From the IMG/VR virus record IMGVR_UViG_3300020044_012721, positions 1 through 5,289 of that record: 5,289 bases of DNA; one strand, given 5' to 3'. The stretch comes from a virus. The notes under the pieces were generated by a model. The model worked only from the letters and a program-made list of their open reading frames with translations. It did no database searches and was not told where the DNA came from. Made by a program: the position numbers and the translations under genes. Shown here one piece after another: positions 4,263 through 5,289 of the stretch (positions are counted from its first letter, which is position 1; each line of letters begins with the position of its first letter).

Positions 4263-5289
4263 GATTTCACCACTCCACGAAAGACCATCAACGCCGCAAA
4301 GAAATAAGCGAAGGCCATCACCACCGGCGCAAACGTCGTTGCCATCGAGCAGGCCGGCCCCCACACGTTCAACGAATAGGCGTGACCGAAGACAGTAATC
4401 GAGAGATTGTCCGGACAGGACGCAGCCGACAGAGGCCCGTTAGCATCGACTGTGCCAATGTCCAACGGCTCCGGATCACCCAACGCTGTGCCGTCCATCT
4501 CCTCAGCCGAGAAGCCCATATCGCTCGCGGTCGCCCCATTCGGATCGACACAGCGATTCCGCCATGATTGATCGAGGATGGCGCACTCCATGACGTTACC
4601 GGAACACGTCGGCGGAGCGTCACACGTCACGCCCCCACTCGCTGAGTCATCAGATTCGTCGGGCCCCGTGCCCGTCCCTGTGCCCGTACCGGATGAATAA
4701 CCAGACCCACCGGCCGCACTGGTCGCACCCGGATCCGACGTCCCTGCCGCCGGCACCGCTGACGCATTGGCCGCAGCCGTAACGGTCGCGCTGTTATAAT
4801 AGTTGTATGTCGGTGAGCCCGTCGTGGTCCCCGCATTGTTCTGAACATCAGCGGTATAGGTGCGCGTAGGCGTGGCCGGAGTGTTGCGATTGCCAGCCGT
4901 CGAAGGGACCGGGGGCGTCGCGGCATCCGGACCGCAAACCACCTCACCCGACGCTGTAGCCTGACAGCCAGCCTTCGGAGTCTTATCGAGACAAATCCAC
5001 TTGTTATTCAGGTAGCCGCACTGGCCGCCCGTTTTCCCCATGCAATATTCGCCGAGGCATTTTTCCGGATCCTGAGCCCCCGCAGCGCCGCTATTAGAAG
5101 TCGGTAACGCTGGACTCGTCGGGCAATCAGACGTCGTAACCTGATACGTACCGATGCAACTTCCACCGAGACAAACAGCTACGGGAGTACGCGTCGCACT
5201 GCAATTAGACGCAGAATCACAAACCGACTTAGGAAGCGACGCCACGTTAGCCGCTTCTTTGTAATACTTGGTACCGACTGCGGCTTGAT
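4259..5289 (-). CDS. 3' part of the gpIII-like adsorption/minor coat protein gene; the full protein is 485 aa when joined to 548..1 across the junction
   Basis: The frame stays open from the track ORF start (GTG at 5245, an internal Val codon) to the right window edge. The Cys-rich N-terminal half is followed by a long low-complexity T/S/A/G/P linker (about 4631-4933) that includes GTGTGTGTG (4664-4690). After it come a four-Cys segment (aa 208-232 of track ORF 4259..5245) and a C-terminal hydrophobic anchor, ATTFAPVVMAFAYFFAALMVF-RGVVKS. This matches the M13 g3p plan. 548 + 910 nt = 1458 nt = 486 codons. Confidence 0.85.
   Translation of the reverse strand, partial: QAAVGTKYYKEAANVASLPKSVCDSASNCSATRTPVAVCLGGSCIGTYQVTTSDCPTSPALPTSNSGAAGAQDPEKCLGEYCMGKTGGQCGYLNNKWICLDKTPKAGCQATASGEVVCGPDAATPPVPSTAGNRNTPATPTRTYTADVQNNAGTTTGSPTYNYYNSATVTAAANASAVPAAGTSDPGATSAAGGSGYSSGTGTGTGTGPDESDDSASGGVTCDAPPTCSGNVMECAILDQSWRNRCVDPNGATASDMGFSAEEMDGTALGDPEPLDIGTVDANGPLSAASCPDNLSITVFGHAYSLNVWGPACSMATTFAPVVMAFAYFFAALMVFRGVVKS
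5169..5289. repeat. Right copy of the exact 121-nt terminal direct repeat (identical to 1-121)
   Basis: Same comparison as above. It fits either the overlap of a circular contig or the start of a second tandem phage copy. Confidence 0.97.

Larger units (their letters stand above)
1..5168 (-). mobile_element. Unit-length genome of a small filamentous phage (Inoviridae-like), circularly permuted in this window
   Basis: An exact 121-nt repeat at both window ends gives a 5,168-bp unit. All credible ORFs are on one strand in Ff-like module order (replication, structural, assembly, intergenic region). Genes are tightly packed with overlapping start/stop codons. Confidence 0.85.

Noticed and set aside
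249-4398. Plus-strand ORFs in the track (249..515, 632..826, 823..1221, 1261..1644, 1388..1633, 1911..2147, 2183..2407, 2694..3104, 2920..3156, 3068..3433, 3276..3479, 3521..3784, 3945..4307, 4069..4398, 4382..4567)
   Set aside because: All lie antisense to well-supported minus-strand genes. Their products are R/P/S/T/A-rich with no motifs and no convincing SD. Such long shadow ORFs are expected in GC-rich DNA. Filamentous phage genomes of this type are typically transcribed from one strand.
1-5289. Novel defence, toxin-antitoxin, CRISPR or other non-phage system hidden in the window
   Set aside because: Every stretch longer than about 80 nt is accounted for by phage genes or structured intergenic DNA. 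There are no repeat-spacer arrays, nucleases, ATPases other than pI/Zot, or paired small ORFs. The only unexplained coding capacity is the 82-aa and 77-aa ORFs.

Overview
The window appears to be one complete, circularly permuted genome of a small GC-rich filamentous phage (Inoviridae-like). Nucleotides 1-121 recur exactly at 5169-5289, giving a unit length of 5,168 bp. All credible genes lie on the minus strand in Ff-like order: an 82-aa unknown ORF, an HUH rolling-circle Rep, a gpV-like ssDNA-binding protein, a 77-aa membrane protein, the major coat protein, an intrinsic terminator, a 485-aa gpIII-like adsorption protein, a gpVI-like membrane protein and a pI/Zot assembly ATPase. The adsorption gene is split by the window ends, and its 5' part (548..1) is absent from the ORF track. 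A ~530-nt intergenic region (2341-2872) follows. It holds GC-rich hairpins, two operator-like palindromes spaced exactly 20 bp apart, and a 28-bp dif-like site that looks like an XerCD-dependent attP. I see no secretin, integrase, transposase, recognisable repressor, CRISPR array, tRNA or defence system. The plus-strand ORFs look like antisense shadows of a GC-rich genome. Points of interest are the very compact genome, the Xer-exploiting integration site with a degenerate XerD arm, the phased operator/origin-like architecture and two unassignable small ORFs. All family assignments rest on motifs, gene order and remembered reference sequences, since no database search was possible.
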